In this document: piece by piece, positions 1-12,967 of the stretch
How positions within the stretch are numbered: position 1 is the stretch's first letter
Layout of the letters: every line of letters starts with the position of its first letter
Assembly: GCA_965644295.1 (NCBI GenBank)
Contig: CBFFRP010000406.1
Span: 378,275-442,274 of the forward strand
Length of the DNA stretch: 64,000 bases
Direction: 5' to 3'
DNA from: Paraphysomonas bandaiensis
Taxonomy: Eukaryota; Protista; Chrysophyceae
Notes under the pieces: generated by a model
Seen by the model: the letters and a program-made list of their open reading frames with translations, nothing else
What the model was told of the DNA's origin: nothing
Database searches by the model: none
Program-made: the position numbers and the translations under genes

Positions 1-189
1 TTTTACCAACGAATAGTGATATAGAGCGGGTTCAACGTTCAGATATCGAAGTAAAATATACACTTTTAAATTTAGAGTGCTGTAACCAAAGTTACTTTTA
101 GTTTAAAGTGAATATATAATACCACCGTACTGGGCATTCTCACAGTAATGCCATGAAAGTGTATAAAAACAAAAGTAAACCACAAATTC

Positions 190-1935
190 TTACTGACATC
201 CACTGTGATTGTCCCAGTAGTCATATAAACTTTGTACATCATCTTTGGCGCTATACTTCGTTGCAACAATTCTTTTCATTTCATCGACAAACCTACATAA
301 CGATATAAGTGTCAAGAGCCAATCACCAAAGTTTAATAGTAGGTACTGTAATATACATAAAAATAACAAAACCTTGCAGATATCTATATATAAGTACGCA
401 CAAACAGCAGCAAGAAGTTGATTATACCTTGCATAAATATGTTTTCCTCCCGCCCCATTGCCATGTACAAGCGATACACATCGGAGTTCGCTTTCCCATA
501 CTTTATTCGCCGTTTGTATAGCAAAAACACCGCTCAAGCCATCGAAATCAGAGGAGCGCAGCCCTAGCGTACACAAAAATATGTCATTCGTGTAGTCGAT
601 GGACATGATGTGGGGGTTTTGAGCAGCAAACAAACTGAAGAGTTGCTGGTCATCCTCCACCATTTTTATCATAGAGTTAGACTCTCGGAAAGTATATTCA
701 TACAACTCCCGCATCTATACAAGCAAAGGCTACCCATTAATTTATATGCCCGAAAAAATATAAGAAAAGTGCATACTCTATAAAAATGATATCTACATAC
801 AAAAGCAATAGGAAAAACCTATGCTCACATTCTTCATGACACCAAATAATGGCATATATATCAACGAACCATATATATCGGCTTCCAATTTCACGTGTTC
901 TATTACGACTACGTTACCAAATAACCCCTCAATTTACTTACCTGTTGTACCCTCCCCACCACGCAACCACCATTCAAATATTTCGGATACATGTCACTTT
1001 GATAATAAGTACTCTTATTCACATTTGTCGAAGTAGTACGGAAATTGGCCCACCCAACTGCGACATTCAATGAATATACAACGCCATGCACGTATACATA
1101 AATGTACAAGCTGCAATACGTAGGCATGAATAATGACAAGCAATAAAATTCTCTACATGTGATATGCAGTATTCAGCACAATACCTGTTTGGGTAGGATA
1201 AGCATTATTTTCAGCGCAGTGTATAATGGGAGTCGGGGATTCTTCCAAGCGCTGTCACACCAAAAAGTATGATAACAGTTTGAGAAAAATTAGCCCCAAC
1301 ATACCTTTCCAATATGCCGAATTGCTGGCATCAGAAGAACATCGTAGGCATCAAATATCACGACAACATCACTGTCATCCATAAGTTTATTATTCCTGAG
1401 CTCTTCAAGATAATATTCCATCCGGTCAGTAGTTGAGCTGTACGGTCTACCAACTCCAACCACCTAGAAAAAAATATTCAAAATACAAAGAGATCAATAG
1501 TTAGATTCGAAATAGCAAGGTTCATTTTTACAACCCAGCTTATGTGTATGATGCTTTACCATAGTACTATATTCATGGATAGGACTTCCTAATGAATGCA
1601 AATCGGCATCATAGGTATATTGTACATACTAGCAGCATGACATACAGAGGCAGAAATCATACCGATAAGTTTACGCCTGCTATCATCGCCGACATTTTCA
1701 ATGCCATAACTCTATCATCAATATAAGTTGCGCACGTCAAAAGCCACACCTTATGGCGGGTTTGCACAGTGCCATCACTACGAATGTCGTGCAACACATT
1801 CAGGTTCCGTTTTTGTTCATCCCAAGTCTTTCGGTACGCCTGTACAGTAGAATATAACGGAGGCTCCAGACTATCTAGCAGCCATGTCACAGATTCTCTA
1901 TAGAGACCTATTGCACATGCATACGTTAAAATCAA
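190..1935 (-). CDS. PLOD1-3-like (procollagen galactosyltransferase-type) GT-A glycosyltransferase domain, multi-exon; probably the C-terminal part of a gene starting at 5435
   Basis: Manually spliced exons give the ordered motif set VWLLTCAT...VVGVG, DDSDVVVIFDAYDV (exon 1305-1463), IHCAENNAYP, YLNGGCVVGR, EDDQQLF...IDYTNDIF and VHGNG. Several exon ends checked carry GT/AG boundaries. Confidence 0.8.
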
Positions 1936-2128
1936 TTATATGCAAAGTAAGAGTTACAAAAAAATATCTCATACAAAGAATACACTTGTTGTGTAAACAA
2001 CGCTATGTATAGAACGATAAGTACTGCGTTCTACAATTCATTTAAATTGCATATATATACTGTTACAGTCAATTGTATATAATTATAAATATACGTATAT
2101 AATGTAGACACCGTTCAACTTTACGAAA

Positions 2129-5100
2129 TTATTCATCTGCCCAACCTAAATTGTGGTATATTTCACTCGTAACATGATAGATTAAATAGGGTTGGGTATA
2201 TCTTGCTCGCGGTCGGTGCTCTGGGTCATTAAAATATGCATCCGCCAAGATGTATTGACTATATATCCAGTGCAATTTCTCCAACGTTTCTAGCGCAGTG
2301 AGCTTTTCATCAAGTGGAGTAATGCCATCTGTTAGTGATAGTCTCCGAACAGTCTGTATAAAATGACCAGCCAAGAATTAGTATTGATGCACAGTATGGA
2401 TAGCAAGAATACTACTCGTCGGACTTCTAATTAACAATACTCACTGTTGCAGCTGAGTGTCCTTAATTCCGCATATACACAAACCTACTTTCTACACTTA
2501 CCGCACTGTAGAAAGAGTTAAAAAATATATCGCCTTGAAACCCTAAAAGGCCTAATACATATACGTGGGTGGAAAACAATGCATTTAAGTTTCCCGATAA
2601 GGAGAGCTCTCGGAGACAGTCAACAGTGGCCTGCATTGTACACCGTTTACAAAAGTTAACGAATATCTCTACGCTATGGTAATACGTATACAATCGCATT
2701 AAAGCACAATTCTTCAATAAATTTCAAATACACAAGTTTATAAAGACAGCATATCTCCTTCGGTCCAATTAAAACTGTTCATATCACTCGAAAAGATACA
2801 TAAGCTTACCTCTGTCAGCTCCAGCGATGAGAATTGCGTCTGGTTCATAACATTGAAATACTGATAACAACTCGTAGAAGAAGTCGTATACTGTCTATTT
2901 CGCGATGGTAATTGGTACAAATTCTGACTAGAGCTTTTTCGCATATCAAACACATTCAGTGTCGTGTCTATCGCTATTACTGTTGGACAGGGGAAATCCG
3001 AAGGCAAGCAATACAATTGGCTCCTAGAAATATCGATGTATGACAGCAGACTGGATACTATTCCGACTTCAGATACCCCATATAAAGGGTGGGACAGAAC
3101 TCTGTACAGCATAGTTTTTATTTCATAGGCGTAACCGATGAAGGATCGCAAATCTACGGCACTACTACAAAAAGGGTCACAGACACGCGATGCAAACGTT
3201 AAAGGAGCCAGATGGCGCCTTGTGTCATTGTAATATTGTTGTGCTGTCATGAATGGTCCAAATACTAAGCTTCCCTCCTGAGGAAGCTGCGCACTCCTCA
3301 TTGCTTCAATTCCTAGAAAACACACCACAATACTATGACTTGTGCTTTGACGACTGATCCACTGATCAAGAGTCAGCAGGAAGCTTCTTATACTTGGCAA
3401 TTTCGATAATGGTATATTTCCAAACGAAGAAATAGCTGAATCATGTGCCATAAATATACCTGTCTCCGAGGACGGAAGAGGTACAATGTCAATATGCACA
3501 TGCAGAGATGAACCAATGTGAGTGCGCCAGAGGTGTACTATCTTTTGTGCCTCAAGTAAATCTTTTTCTAAAACACCAGCAACAACTTGTGTGCTATACG
3601 TTTGAGCTTCCATACTATGACCCACAGGCTGTTGAATATGCGTCGTCCTATTATGTTGCACGCAAGGTCTGAATTGATGCTGAATAAATGCATGTGCCTG
3701 AGAGGAAATATCGGAGCGATTATAGTAAATGTCATACATATTCGCGCAAGTAAAATTCGTGGAAACGTCAGTGTGAAGCACATGTCCGAGGAAATCGAGT
3801 GTCATTCCAAGCAATTTAGAGTTTCCTCGAGGTAGATGTAGGCCGGCTTCCCTCGCGAGATCGATCAACATAGTTGCAAGTGTACATCTTACTTTTGTAT
3901 ATTGACATATCAGAAGGTCCTTGAAAGGATTGGAGTCACAAGACAAATTCACACGACCTGACGAAGATACTTCCATCACAGAAAAAACATCTGAGATAAT
4001 ATCTCGAATGAAAACGCCCCAATGAGACGAAATGTGTAAGTCTATATGATGCTCAGTATTCTTTGGTATCACTGATTTGAATACAGTCTGCAATTCGTGT
4101 AGTTTACTGTCACTATCTTGAGGACTCTTTGTGGATATATTAAACAGGTGATGCCGAATTAACTTTTTCAAGTACTGTATATCATTTCCCCCATCATCGT
4201 GAGAACCCAGTGTCAACATATCATCCCCCCCAATCCATTTAACTACGAGTTTAAGAATACCATATTCCTGCTCTAAAAAGGTAGCCTGACCCTGATAAGT
4301 CGTCATAACGAATAGTAACTCCCCCCATGTGGTGGGAATTGCGGGGGCAGCTGAAGTAATGCCCACAATATCGGAGATTCCCGTTGAGGAAATGTACACT
4401 AATTCTGAGTACACAGAGTAAGAATGTTACGTAAGACAATCTATACAAGTCATTCAGAAAATGATATCGACATGCAGCACACATGTACTTACGGGTGCAC
4501 ATATATCACAGCATATTCTCATAAATATGGAACGAACTATACTTACCGGAGTCCACAGACTCACCAGATACCCATTCCAAAAGCTCTTCCAGGCATATCA
4601 TATTATCTAAACGACTTTTGATAGAGACATTGCAGTGATCATTCATTTGAGGTACTCTGATGGCTTGATGAAGGATACATGGCGACGAAGTATTCAGCGC
4701 ACTAGGGTACTGATGATCCGCCGTTGCAGCTCGAGCTAATACATTTGATGTAACACTCCAAATGTGTGCAATATAAACTCCATATTCAGTTCCACTACTT
4801 AAGGGTAAGTAATCCAATGAGCTCAAACCACAGCGATCCATCCAATAGAATACTGATGATATATTCCCCTTCGACAAAGGCATCGAGAATGTAATCAATA
4901 TAGATGTTTTCTTGGTCATGTATAAATTCAAGGTGTGTTCAATAGCGGCGCATATTCTGTTCGAAATTAAACCGTTTGAAGCGAAATGTTGGCTATGAAG
5001 CATCTCGAAGTTGGTGAATACTCTTGCATCCAGTACCATGTCAGCAATCAATGGTATCACTGTGTGAATGTTGCTACAATCATTCTTCTCATTATAGCAT

Positions 5101-5435
5101 TTATATACAGAAAATGTATTGCTTCGCGTCAAATCGCTTGATAGGGATAATAACTGGCGGGCATCAGCAGCACCGTGGAACTGAACAGCACTGGAAGACT
5201 TATTGACAGTAAGAATTGCATCTGAAATAGAGTCTTCACACACATCGTGTGACCTATTAAACGAACTATAGCCCACAATGCGCACGATATCAGATTGATG
5301 ACAAACGTTGCACTGATATGGGTCATAATAGATGTGCAGAGGGCTTATAGCAGTAGAGGGCCATTGAATAGTGTGATGAGACTGTAAGGCAGTGTTCACT
5401 AAAGCAACAGTGGTGATAGTAAAGAGAATGGTCAT
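2129..5435 (-). CDS. Large secreted or luminal protein region of unknown function, likely spliced into the downstream glycosyltransferase exons
   Basis: ORF 4506-5435 starts with a signal-peptide-like MTILFTITTVALVNTALQS. A GTAAGT donor near 4546 leads to the 558-codon ORF 2738-4414, which has a GTAAGC donor near 2809. No domain recognised. Confidence 0.6.
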
Positions 5436-5668
5436 GGTAGCGGTGGAGCTGGCATGATGTCGTTAATGAGGATCAACACACTGCTCTGTTCCATGTATAC
5501 GGCAGGCAGTGTTTCATATATACGGGCTCATGTAACCCGTTCATTATAGAAGCGTGTAGTATACACACATATATACACAGTGTGAGCTGTACGTATAGGT
5601 ATACAGCAGTCTTAACTCCTCCATCATTCCTCACATATGTATGTATATATATGCATCTATACAGCTCA

Positions 5669-6607
5669 ATGTCCATATCCAGCTATAGGTTTAATGGCAA
5701 AACACAACTGAGGCTATCTTTAACTATTCTTATCACTGCACTAGTATTGGGCTTAACTAGTGGTGGCAAGCACAAGTCTCGCACTGGCTCGAACCATGCC
5801 AAATACTCCTCAGCAAGCTATAGTAGTAGCGATGCGTCCCCTGATTGCCTTAAGCTCCGTGATAAGTACAGAATTGGTAACTTATTTGATCCGGTGAAGA
5901 ATAATCAGGAGGACATTCTCATGTTTATGCATATACCAAAGAATGCGGGTGCCTTAATTGGGAAACATATGAATTCCAGGAGATTTATTGATCGAAGTCG
6001 GTTTACACACGCTGCGTGTCCTTGTTCCATTTGGCATGTGCCCCCGAGGTATTTCCGTGTACGTATGAACTACAGCACATCTCATCCGAACGAAGCCCAG
6101 CTCAATAACCCGTACCGTGTGGGCAATAAAACTGTATTTTGTATCATACGCGATCCTGTTGATAAAGCACTTTCTGCATTTAAAATGAAAGCCCGAGATC
6201 AATTAAACTCACCGAGAATTGTGGACATGGCGAACACATTTTTGTCTGTGCCTCAGTTTAACAGCACCGGCCAGGACTGCCACTTGTATTCACAGTACAA
6301 ATATGTTTGGGACGAAAACGGAGTCAAGACGTGTGATATTGCTTTGCGTTATGAAGAGGGGAATATATACGAGAAGTATAATAGCTTGGTACAAGCATTT
6401 CCGCGAAGTAATAACCCCCTAATTGCAGATACATCTCATGTTCAGTTATCGCACCATCAGGAATTAGTATACCCTTTTACTGTAGCCAATTTATCAACTG
6501 AAGTCATAGAATTGTTGCATCAGTATTATTGGCCGGATATGTGTCTCTTTGGATACAATGTGTCAGTCTCAAAGCCTGACTGGTATAGTGATGACGACTT
6601 AGAGTAA
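5669..6607 (+). CDS. Golgi-type (Sulfotransfer_2-like) carbohydrate sulfotransferase, intronless
   Basis: N-terminal hydrophobic anchor LSLTILITALVLGL, 5'-PSB-like FMHIPKNAG, 3'-PB-like IIRDPVDKALSAF, HLYSQYKY, and C-terminal YYWPDMCLFGY. ATG chosen at 5669. Confidence 0.85.
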   Translation: MSISSYRFNGKTQLRLSLTILITALVLGLTSGGKHKSRTGSNHAKYSSASYSSSDASPDCLKLRDKYRIGNLFDPVKNNQEDILMFMHIPKNAGALIGKHMNSRRFIDRSRFTHAACPCSIWHVPPRYFRVRMNYSTSHPNEAQLNNPYRVGNKTVFCIIRDPVDKALSAFKMKARDQLNSPRIVDMANTFLSVPQFNSTGQDCHLYSQYKYVWDENGVKTCDIALRYEEGNIYEKYNSLVQAFPRSNNPLIADTSHVQLSHHQELVYPFTVANLSTEVIELLHQYYWPDMCLFGYNVSVSKPDWYSDDDLE

Positions 6608-7012
6608 GTTAGATGTTAAGCGTAATCATCATCGAACGATGCATCCTAGTTTACTTTTTCAGTACTCGAATACGACACAGTTTGTATCATGCGATACAAG
6701 GTCGTCTTGATCTAGGCCTTAAAGAATGACCTATCAGAATTTGACATGAGGACGGTTAAAACTTAAAACTTAGCCACTCAACAACCAATGTTATACCGCC
6801 TTTGATTATGATGTAGATGCTATATGTGCGTAAATATCACTTACCACGGAATTGAGTATGAACACTCATGGTGTTTTAACGTTTTAACTACGGGATTCAG
6901 TAAGCCCCTCTTGAAGTAGTTTCAATAAAATACATTAGTTGAAACATGTGGTATGGTTGTATTCAATATCAAGTTTTGACATTGTGGATGATTGAAACTT
7001 ATTAGCTGGAAC

Positions 7013-7378
7013 TTGTATACACTCAGTATTCAATTATTGAAATTATAATTAATATCTCGTAGGGTTCAATGTTATATAATATACATTACCGATATATATT
7101 ACCCCTACCTTTTTCACCCTCACTAGAAACTAGAAATACCGTCTAGTCTGGTCACGACTAAATCATCATAGATTAGGAGGGGAAGATAAATGCATATTTT
7201 AATTTGTAGTTGATGCAAAAAGTACAAAGTACAACATGTAGAATACATAAAGTACAATAGTATTACTGGATAATATATACACATCTATATATAACCCAAA
7301 ATTCTCTAGCCTTCTTCATCTTAAAGTCATTGTATACACTCAATACTCAATTATTGAAGTTATAATTAATATCTCGTA
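7013..7378. repeat. 49-bp imperfect direct repeat pair (7013-7061 and 7330-7378)
   Basis: ttgtatacactcaRtaYtcaattattgaaRttataattaatatctcgta occurs twice, 46/49 identical. Confidence 0.8.
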
Positions 7379-8068
7379 TAATTAAAGTCATTAATCATTG
7401 TTTTCATTGTCACTCTTTCGTTTCTGTTGAAATATTTTTTATAGCAGTGACATATCATCTTATTGTAGTATGCTCTAGTTGTTGGTTCATAGTTCATAGG
7501 TCCAAGAACTACAATAATCAATAAGTCAAACATACAATGTATACAACCATAGAATACACAACAGAAAGGTAATACGAGAAAGGATAAAATAATTAGAGAG
7601 CAGGTTATAGAAGTCACAACTACTTGTGTTCTGGATTAATTAAAAATATATATGTGACACTCGAGAAAAGTTTGTGTTTAATTTCGCACTGTAGACCTAA
7701 ACATCTAAACAGCACCAAAAAAATAATACGTAAACTTTGATAGTTTCGTAATTAGACTTGATTGGTTATATTTATTAGACTTGTTAGTAAACACAGAATT
7801 TACACTCAAACCTGTACAACATGCTGTTTACTTACCGAGTACGCGTCCTAATTAGTCTTATCTATTAAGAAAATAAACAAGACAAATTCAAATAAACTAA
7901 ATTTTCAAAAGAGCTATTTACAGCAGATATCAACAGGGAAGTATTCACAACAATTAGTAGTCATTTACAATTTCAATGCACAAAAAGGACAATCAAACTT
8001 ACTTCGCTTCTACCAGTATGAAACTATGGACTCCACGGAGTATGAAATGCATATTGACAAACGATAAA

Positions 8069-9166
8069 CTATGAACTGGGAGAAGCATTACTGCCCTCTT
8101 TGTTTCGAATATACCATTCTCTCAGCTGCGCAGTTGAAAGACCACCAGCAGCCACATCGAAGTCGTTCAATGATGACATTGTGGAGATGGCATTAAGATG
8201 GTGAGAATGGACCGTTACTGAATCACCGGCAGTAACTTCTACTACCGCATCGCCTGCAGTATTAGTCGTAGGTTGAATATTGCTACTGGATTTACTGGCC
8301 ACTTCGGACTGATTTACCATCGGCTCTCGTAATTCATCAATACTACTCTTACATTTTTGAGGGGTATCACGTGCTGTTGACATTGTGTGCCGACGAGAAT
8401 TAATAGCATTGTGTACAGGTGTCTCCACACTCGTGCGTAATACAGGGGTACTCATGGTTGAAATTTTTCTACTGCTACTTTTCGGACGCTGTGAAGTAGA
8501 GCAGCGAGATTTTTTCTTGACGTTCTGTTGAGTTGGAGTGGACTGTTGCTGAATAGGAGGTAGTGCATTAGACACTTCAATATTAGGTACCCACACAGAG
8601 TACGCCCATCGATCCAAAGACAAAATGGACTTAAATATTTTGGATGGCAGACATTTCTGAAATAAGGTATATCCTGCAATAACTTTGTCCATATCGGGAT
8701 TAGAAAATTTTTGTACTTCTTGGGCCAGAGATTCTGGCACTGTGACAGGGTCTTTGGGTTTACCCGTAGACAAAGGAAGTAAAAAAACATTTCGACGAAA
8801 CACGGCGAAATTGAAATATTTGCGAAGCGGCGACGAATTTACGAATTCGGTGCTTTTGATCATTTCCAACAGGTAGTCGCCATTCAGCAACGTAGGACGT
8901 TTGACTTTAACAAACATTTTCTGCCACTCTATTATTTGCTCCAGAACGTCAAAAGTAATTTCCCTAATCTCATTTAACAACCGCATACCCGCAAGAATAT
9001 TTTCATTGTCAAACGACTTCCGCTTTTCGCTTATCGCCTTGTCGAGCTCTTGGTACTGAGACAGCAGCATTTCTCTTACCGTTGTAAGCTCAACGAGACG
9101 AAACTCAAGGTCATGATTCTTCGTTTTCTGAATATATACAGCTGTTTTGGAAGGCTTCCCATTCAT
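8069..9166 (-). CDS. Hypothetical protein with N-terminal helical/coiled region and S/T-rich disordered C-terminus
   Basis: 365-codon ATG-initiated ORF with protein-like composition. No family recognised. Confidence 0.7.
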   Translation of the reverse strand: MNGKPSKTAVYIQKTKNHDLEFRLVELTTVREMLLSQYQELDKAISEKRKSFDNENILAGMRLLNEIREITFDVLEQIIEWQKMFVKVKRPTLLNGDYLLEMIKSTEFVNSSPLRKYFNFAVFRRNVFLLPLSTGKPKDPVTVPESLAQEVQKFSNPDMDKVIAGYTLFQKCLPSKIFKSILSLDRWAYSVWVPNIEVSNALPPIQQQSTPTQQNVKKKSRCSTSQRPKSSSRKISTMSTPVLRTSVETPVHNAINSRRHTMSTARDTPQKCKSSIDELREPMVNQSEVASKSSSNIQPTTNTAGDAVVEVTAGDSVTVHSHHLNAISTMSSLNDFDVAAGGLSTAQLREWYIRNKEGSNASPSS

Positions 9167-10672
9167 ATTGGGCGTCAGAGCCTATAACTCCAGAGCGCTC
9201 TTCAAATGACGACTGAATTCAGTATTAACGAATATAATGAAGATTGTCAATGGAAGAATATAACGCACAGGCATTTACATTCATCTTCATTCTTCCTGCA
9301 TGAGAGTATAACCCCATTGGTAATGTTTTGTGCACCCCATGTGTAGATGTGTAGATGTGTAGTTAATGTGGCAACAGGTTCAGAACTACAGCAATAACTG
9401 CTAGGTATCTGCGTATACATGTATATACACTACTATATACGTTGTAGGATTCCTACAAGCATCATAGTCTAATCTACTGTATTTCAGCAGTTATACGGCA
9501 ATGTACAGCAGTACTCTCTCTATTTTGGTGTTGGCTGCCATGCATATCCATATGCGGTATGGATATCTAGATATGAGAAACGAGGGCATTGAACATCCAA
9601 CACTCACACTTCGCTCTTATCCTCATCATGGATTTGACACCACTGACGAAGTCTAATTAGAAGTGCGTCACAGAAGCTGAAGAAGTTTCTCCAGCAGTGA
9701 CAATATAACAATCACAGATATAATGCTTCAGAAGAAGCAGGAATCAGAATAGGAAGGAACGTTCCGAATATGCGGAATCGTATCTTACTTATCTATAGAG
9801 GAAAAGCAAGCAGAATCCGTCCCTTTATAGAAGGCAAGTATGGGGTCAAATAATAATTTACTATGGAAGAGGAAGAATACGATGAGGTCAATGACGTCAC
9901 ATCGACCATCAACTGCACTATCGACTATAACTGAAACAATTGGACTCGCAGAGCAGCTATTGGTTTAGACTACGTGTTTCATGGCTACATGGGTATCTGT
10001 GACCTGAACGTACACTGGCGGTGGGGTTTGCGCGTATTTTGGAACGGCAACAATCTCTACTAATAACTAACATAGCATTTCTTTTGACGCTTGAGGCTTG
10101 CTGCTGTTGTTAGTCATTACTCTGGTTTTGATGCGATCATTGCACAACAAACTAATATGATACGGAGCAGAGGATCCTCTGAATCCACTCGGAAGAAGAC
10201 CCAGACAGTAAATTACACTGCCATCAATTCTTCGGCCATCATCGTTGCTTAATATACTGTATAAATACAGAGTATAATTACTTTGCTTAGTTGTGTACTG
10301 CAGCTTCTTTCGACTTTGTGGGAAAATAGTTTTTATGAATGTTTTCTAGGTGAAATATGCATATTTTCAATGATTTTTTTAGAGTTTTTGTGTATATGAG
10401 CACTGTACGTTGCTATATGAATACTCAGGAAACTATTCTCTAACTCTAGAGAGCATTGAAGATAATAAACAGAGTTACCACAAAGTACCTGTATAGTTGC
10501 ATGAAGATTGTTGTCTAGTATTGTTTAGAGTTTCTTCGGAGTGTAGAAGAGGTAGTACATTTTATCTTAAAATCACTCAGTTCTATACATAGTATATAGC
10601 AGTATGGGATGCAATTAGCGGTCCATTAATGGTTACTGGTAGTCCAGTTCCCGGGAATAATAATTAGACTAA

Positions 10673-12387
10673 ACCATAGTCTGTAACCATAGTCTGTAAC
10701 CAATGATATAAAATTGAATTATTACTACACTGAGTAAACCAATCACGGTACCCCTCTATTCTATAGTTTCTTTAGATAGAGTATCAGCATGTGTGTACAT
10801 TTCGCTAGCTAATGCGTTACAGAAACTATAATAATCAATACTATTTGTATCTATCGAACGAATATTACAATACGCATGGAATGTATTTTGCAGAACACAG
10901 CCGAACGCAAACGAGCTAAACTTTCCTCTTTCGCCTAGATGCCCTCCACCACCATGCCGATGAGGCCATATCCTCTCTTTAATCTGTAAATTGAATACAC
11001 CACATGCTGCAAACATCTTACCATAGTCGGAGCACACAGGCAGAGAATTGGTGGTAGACCTCGTAGGTGATCTATGATAAGCATTGGACAAGGCGGTATA
11101 TTTCTTGCCATCCTTCGTATAAGAATGAACTATGAGTTCTTTACGCTGTTGATTCCACAGCCCATTCCACTGTCCTCGTATATTGACACCTTCACGAACT
11201 TTACGAGTGAGTGCTTGGAAGCGCTGTGGATTCACAGCCCCGATATATTTCACTTTCTTCCTTGCAAGTCCCTCTCGTGCAGCTTCATCAAGATAATACG
11301 AGTCGAATACAAGAACAGTGCTACTCATTCGTGTAGAATTAAAAGAGTGTATGATTTTGCCCCAGTGTTCCACTACAGCGCTGACAGGTATAGACTCTCC
11401 TAGATCAGCTATGGCATCATGCAACCACATGTCCAGCATGTATGCGTGTTTATTGGAGAGCTTCACACACAACTCATACACCCATTCGTTCAGGCTTCAT
11501 ATAAACTACTCTTATATTAGGACTATAGCCTATAAATCACTTGTTAACAGTAATATTCAATTGATCGATATACACACCTGAAAAATGCAGCAACTTCTCA
11601 TCGCCAGCTACAACATTGCCAATACCACGTAAATAGATCTAAAATTATGAGAAAACTGCTTGGAATATCGACTATCAAATAAAAAATTCGTTGTCACAAT
11701 TTCCATGAAGCGTATGCCCAGAGAATCAATCCTTGGATAACAATCCTTAAAGTGGTCTCGTTACCATATAAGTTGCTCACGCAATGGTCGCGAATGACGT
11801 AATACACCTCTTGGGGCATGTTGTTCTCCATAAATTCGAATCCAAATTGCAAGAAGCTTATATATAGAACACAATGAAAGCAAAATTACTGATCCACAGT
11901 CATATCTCAAGTCGACAGGGTCAATATCCTGGGCAATTTTCGTCACAAGGGATACTGTAACAAAACGCAAGAATATCTTGAGGAAGCTGGCAGTGCGAAA
12001 ATTAAACGTAGGGTATCGATCTGCATCAACCGTATGAGGCAGATGGAATGACTCATTGGCCGAATCAATTGGTCTCCAACGCCCAGTGATCTCTATTTCC
12101 TGAGCACGCTCTGAGCTTCTTGTCGCGTCATCTTCATCGTTGCAAAGAGAACCTGATTTGCGCTTTCGAAATGCCGTGTTAAACTATGAGTGAATGGAGA
12201 ATATAATGAACGTACCAGCACATTCATTTGACCTGCAATTCGCTGACTCAACACTGTGATATGAAGTGTGAAGTGTGAATCACATTGTCTGATTTCGACT
12301 GATTTTATGACAGTTATTTTATGTATGAAAATCGACGTTATTTTCAGTTTTTTAAAAAATTTTTTCAGTATGGTTGCAGACTATGGT
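10673..12387 (-). mobile_element. Decayed piggyBac-superfamily DNA transposon (about 1.7 kb)
   Basis: 19-bp TIRs ACCATAGTCTGYAACCATA at 10673-10691 and 12369-12387 (18/19 match), flanked by CTAA (10669-10672) and TTAA (12388-12391). Transposase remnants lie inside. Confidence 0.85.
10756..11970 (-). pseudogene. piggyBac (DDE_Tnp_1_7-type) transposase pseudogene with one intron
   Basis: VAGDEKLLHFSG|YSPNIRVVYMKPERMG (first Asp), VLVFDSYYLD (second Asp), KYIGAV, YGKMFAACG (third Asp replaced by Gly), LQNTFHAY. In-frame stop at 11761 and frameshifts near 11620 and 11482. Confidence 0.8.
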
Positions 12388-12967
12388 TTAATGTAAATGG
12401 AATTAATGACAAATGTCCCGGAAATTATAATGGCATTACCATTAATGTCATTGCCATTAACGGTACCAGGCCCTGTTATTAGGTTGTTAGCATTTGTCTC
12501 TAGCAGGTAACTGACGCAATTTAACTGAAAAATATAGTATATATTGAAGCTATTATGTATGGAGAAGATATTGGGAATTGGTGGTTGCTGCTCTGCAACA
12601 ACAATACAACGTCACTAATTTACTATCTTTTCTAAGATATTTCAGCAAGTACCCAATCTTACAAAACTTAACTTAAATATCTTCCTTCGTTAGAATGATG
12701 ACATCAATAATCCCAAGCGCATAATTACTATGACAATAAACTGATAACATTTCTGCGCAAATCAATAGTTCCTACTACTATCTTAATACTTATGGCAGTA
12801 TTGAATTCAAATAACAAGCCAACATACTTGCTTGCTAAAAGTTTCTTTACTATAATAGCTCGTATAATCGCTCCAACAAGTCAGTATCATTACCTTCCGT
12901 ATGTGGTACTTAGTATATCGCATAGTCGCAGAGTAACAATGGTGATGATAATGTATGTGCTGACTCC

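Larger units (their letters stand above)
10619..12475. mobile_element. hAT-type MITE split by the piggyBac insertion (10619-10668 and 12392-12475)
   Basis: Left part gtccattaatgg..tagtccagttcccgg and right part cccgg.aattataatgg.attaccattaa...taccaggccctg match the two halves of the intact MITE at 54042-54137. The left TIR is not recognisable. Confidence 0.7.

Noticed and set aside
9550-10250. Coding-like minus-strand stretch
   Set aside because: Multiple stops in all frames and no recognisable motif, so it cannot be called.
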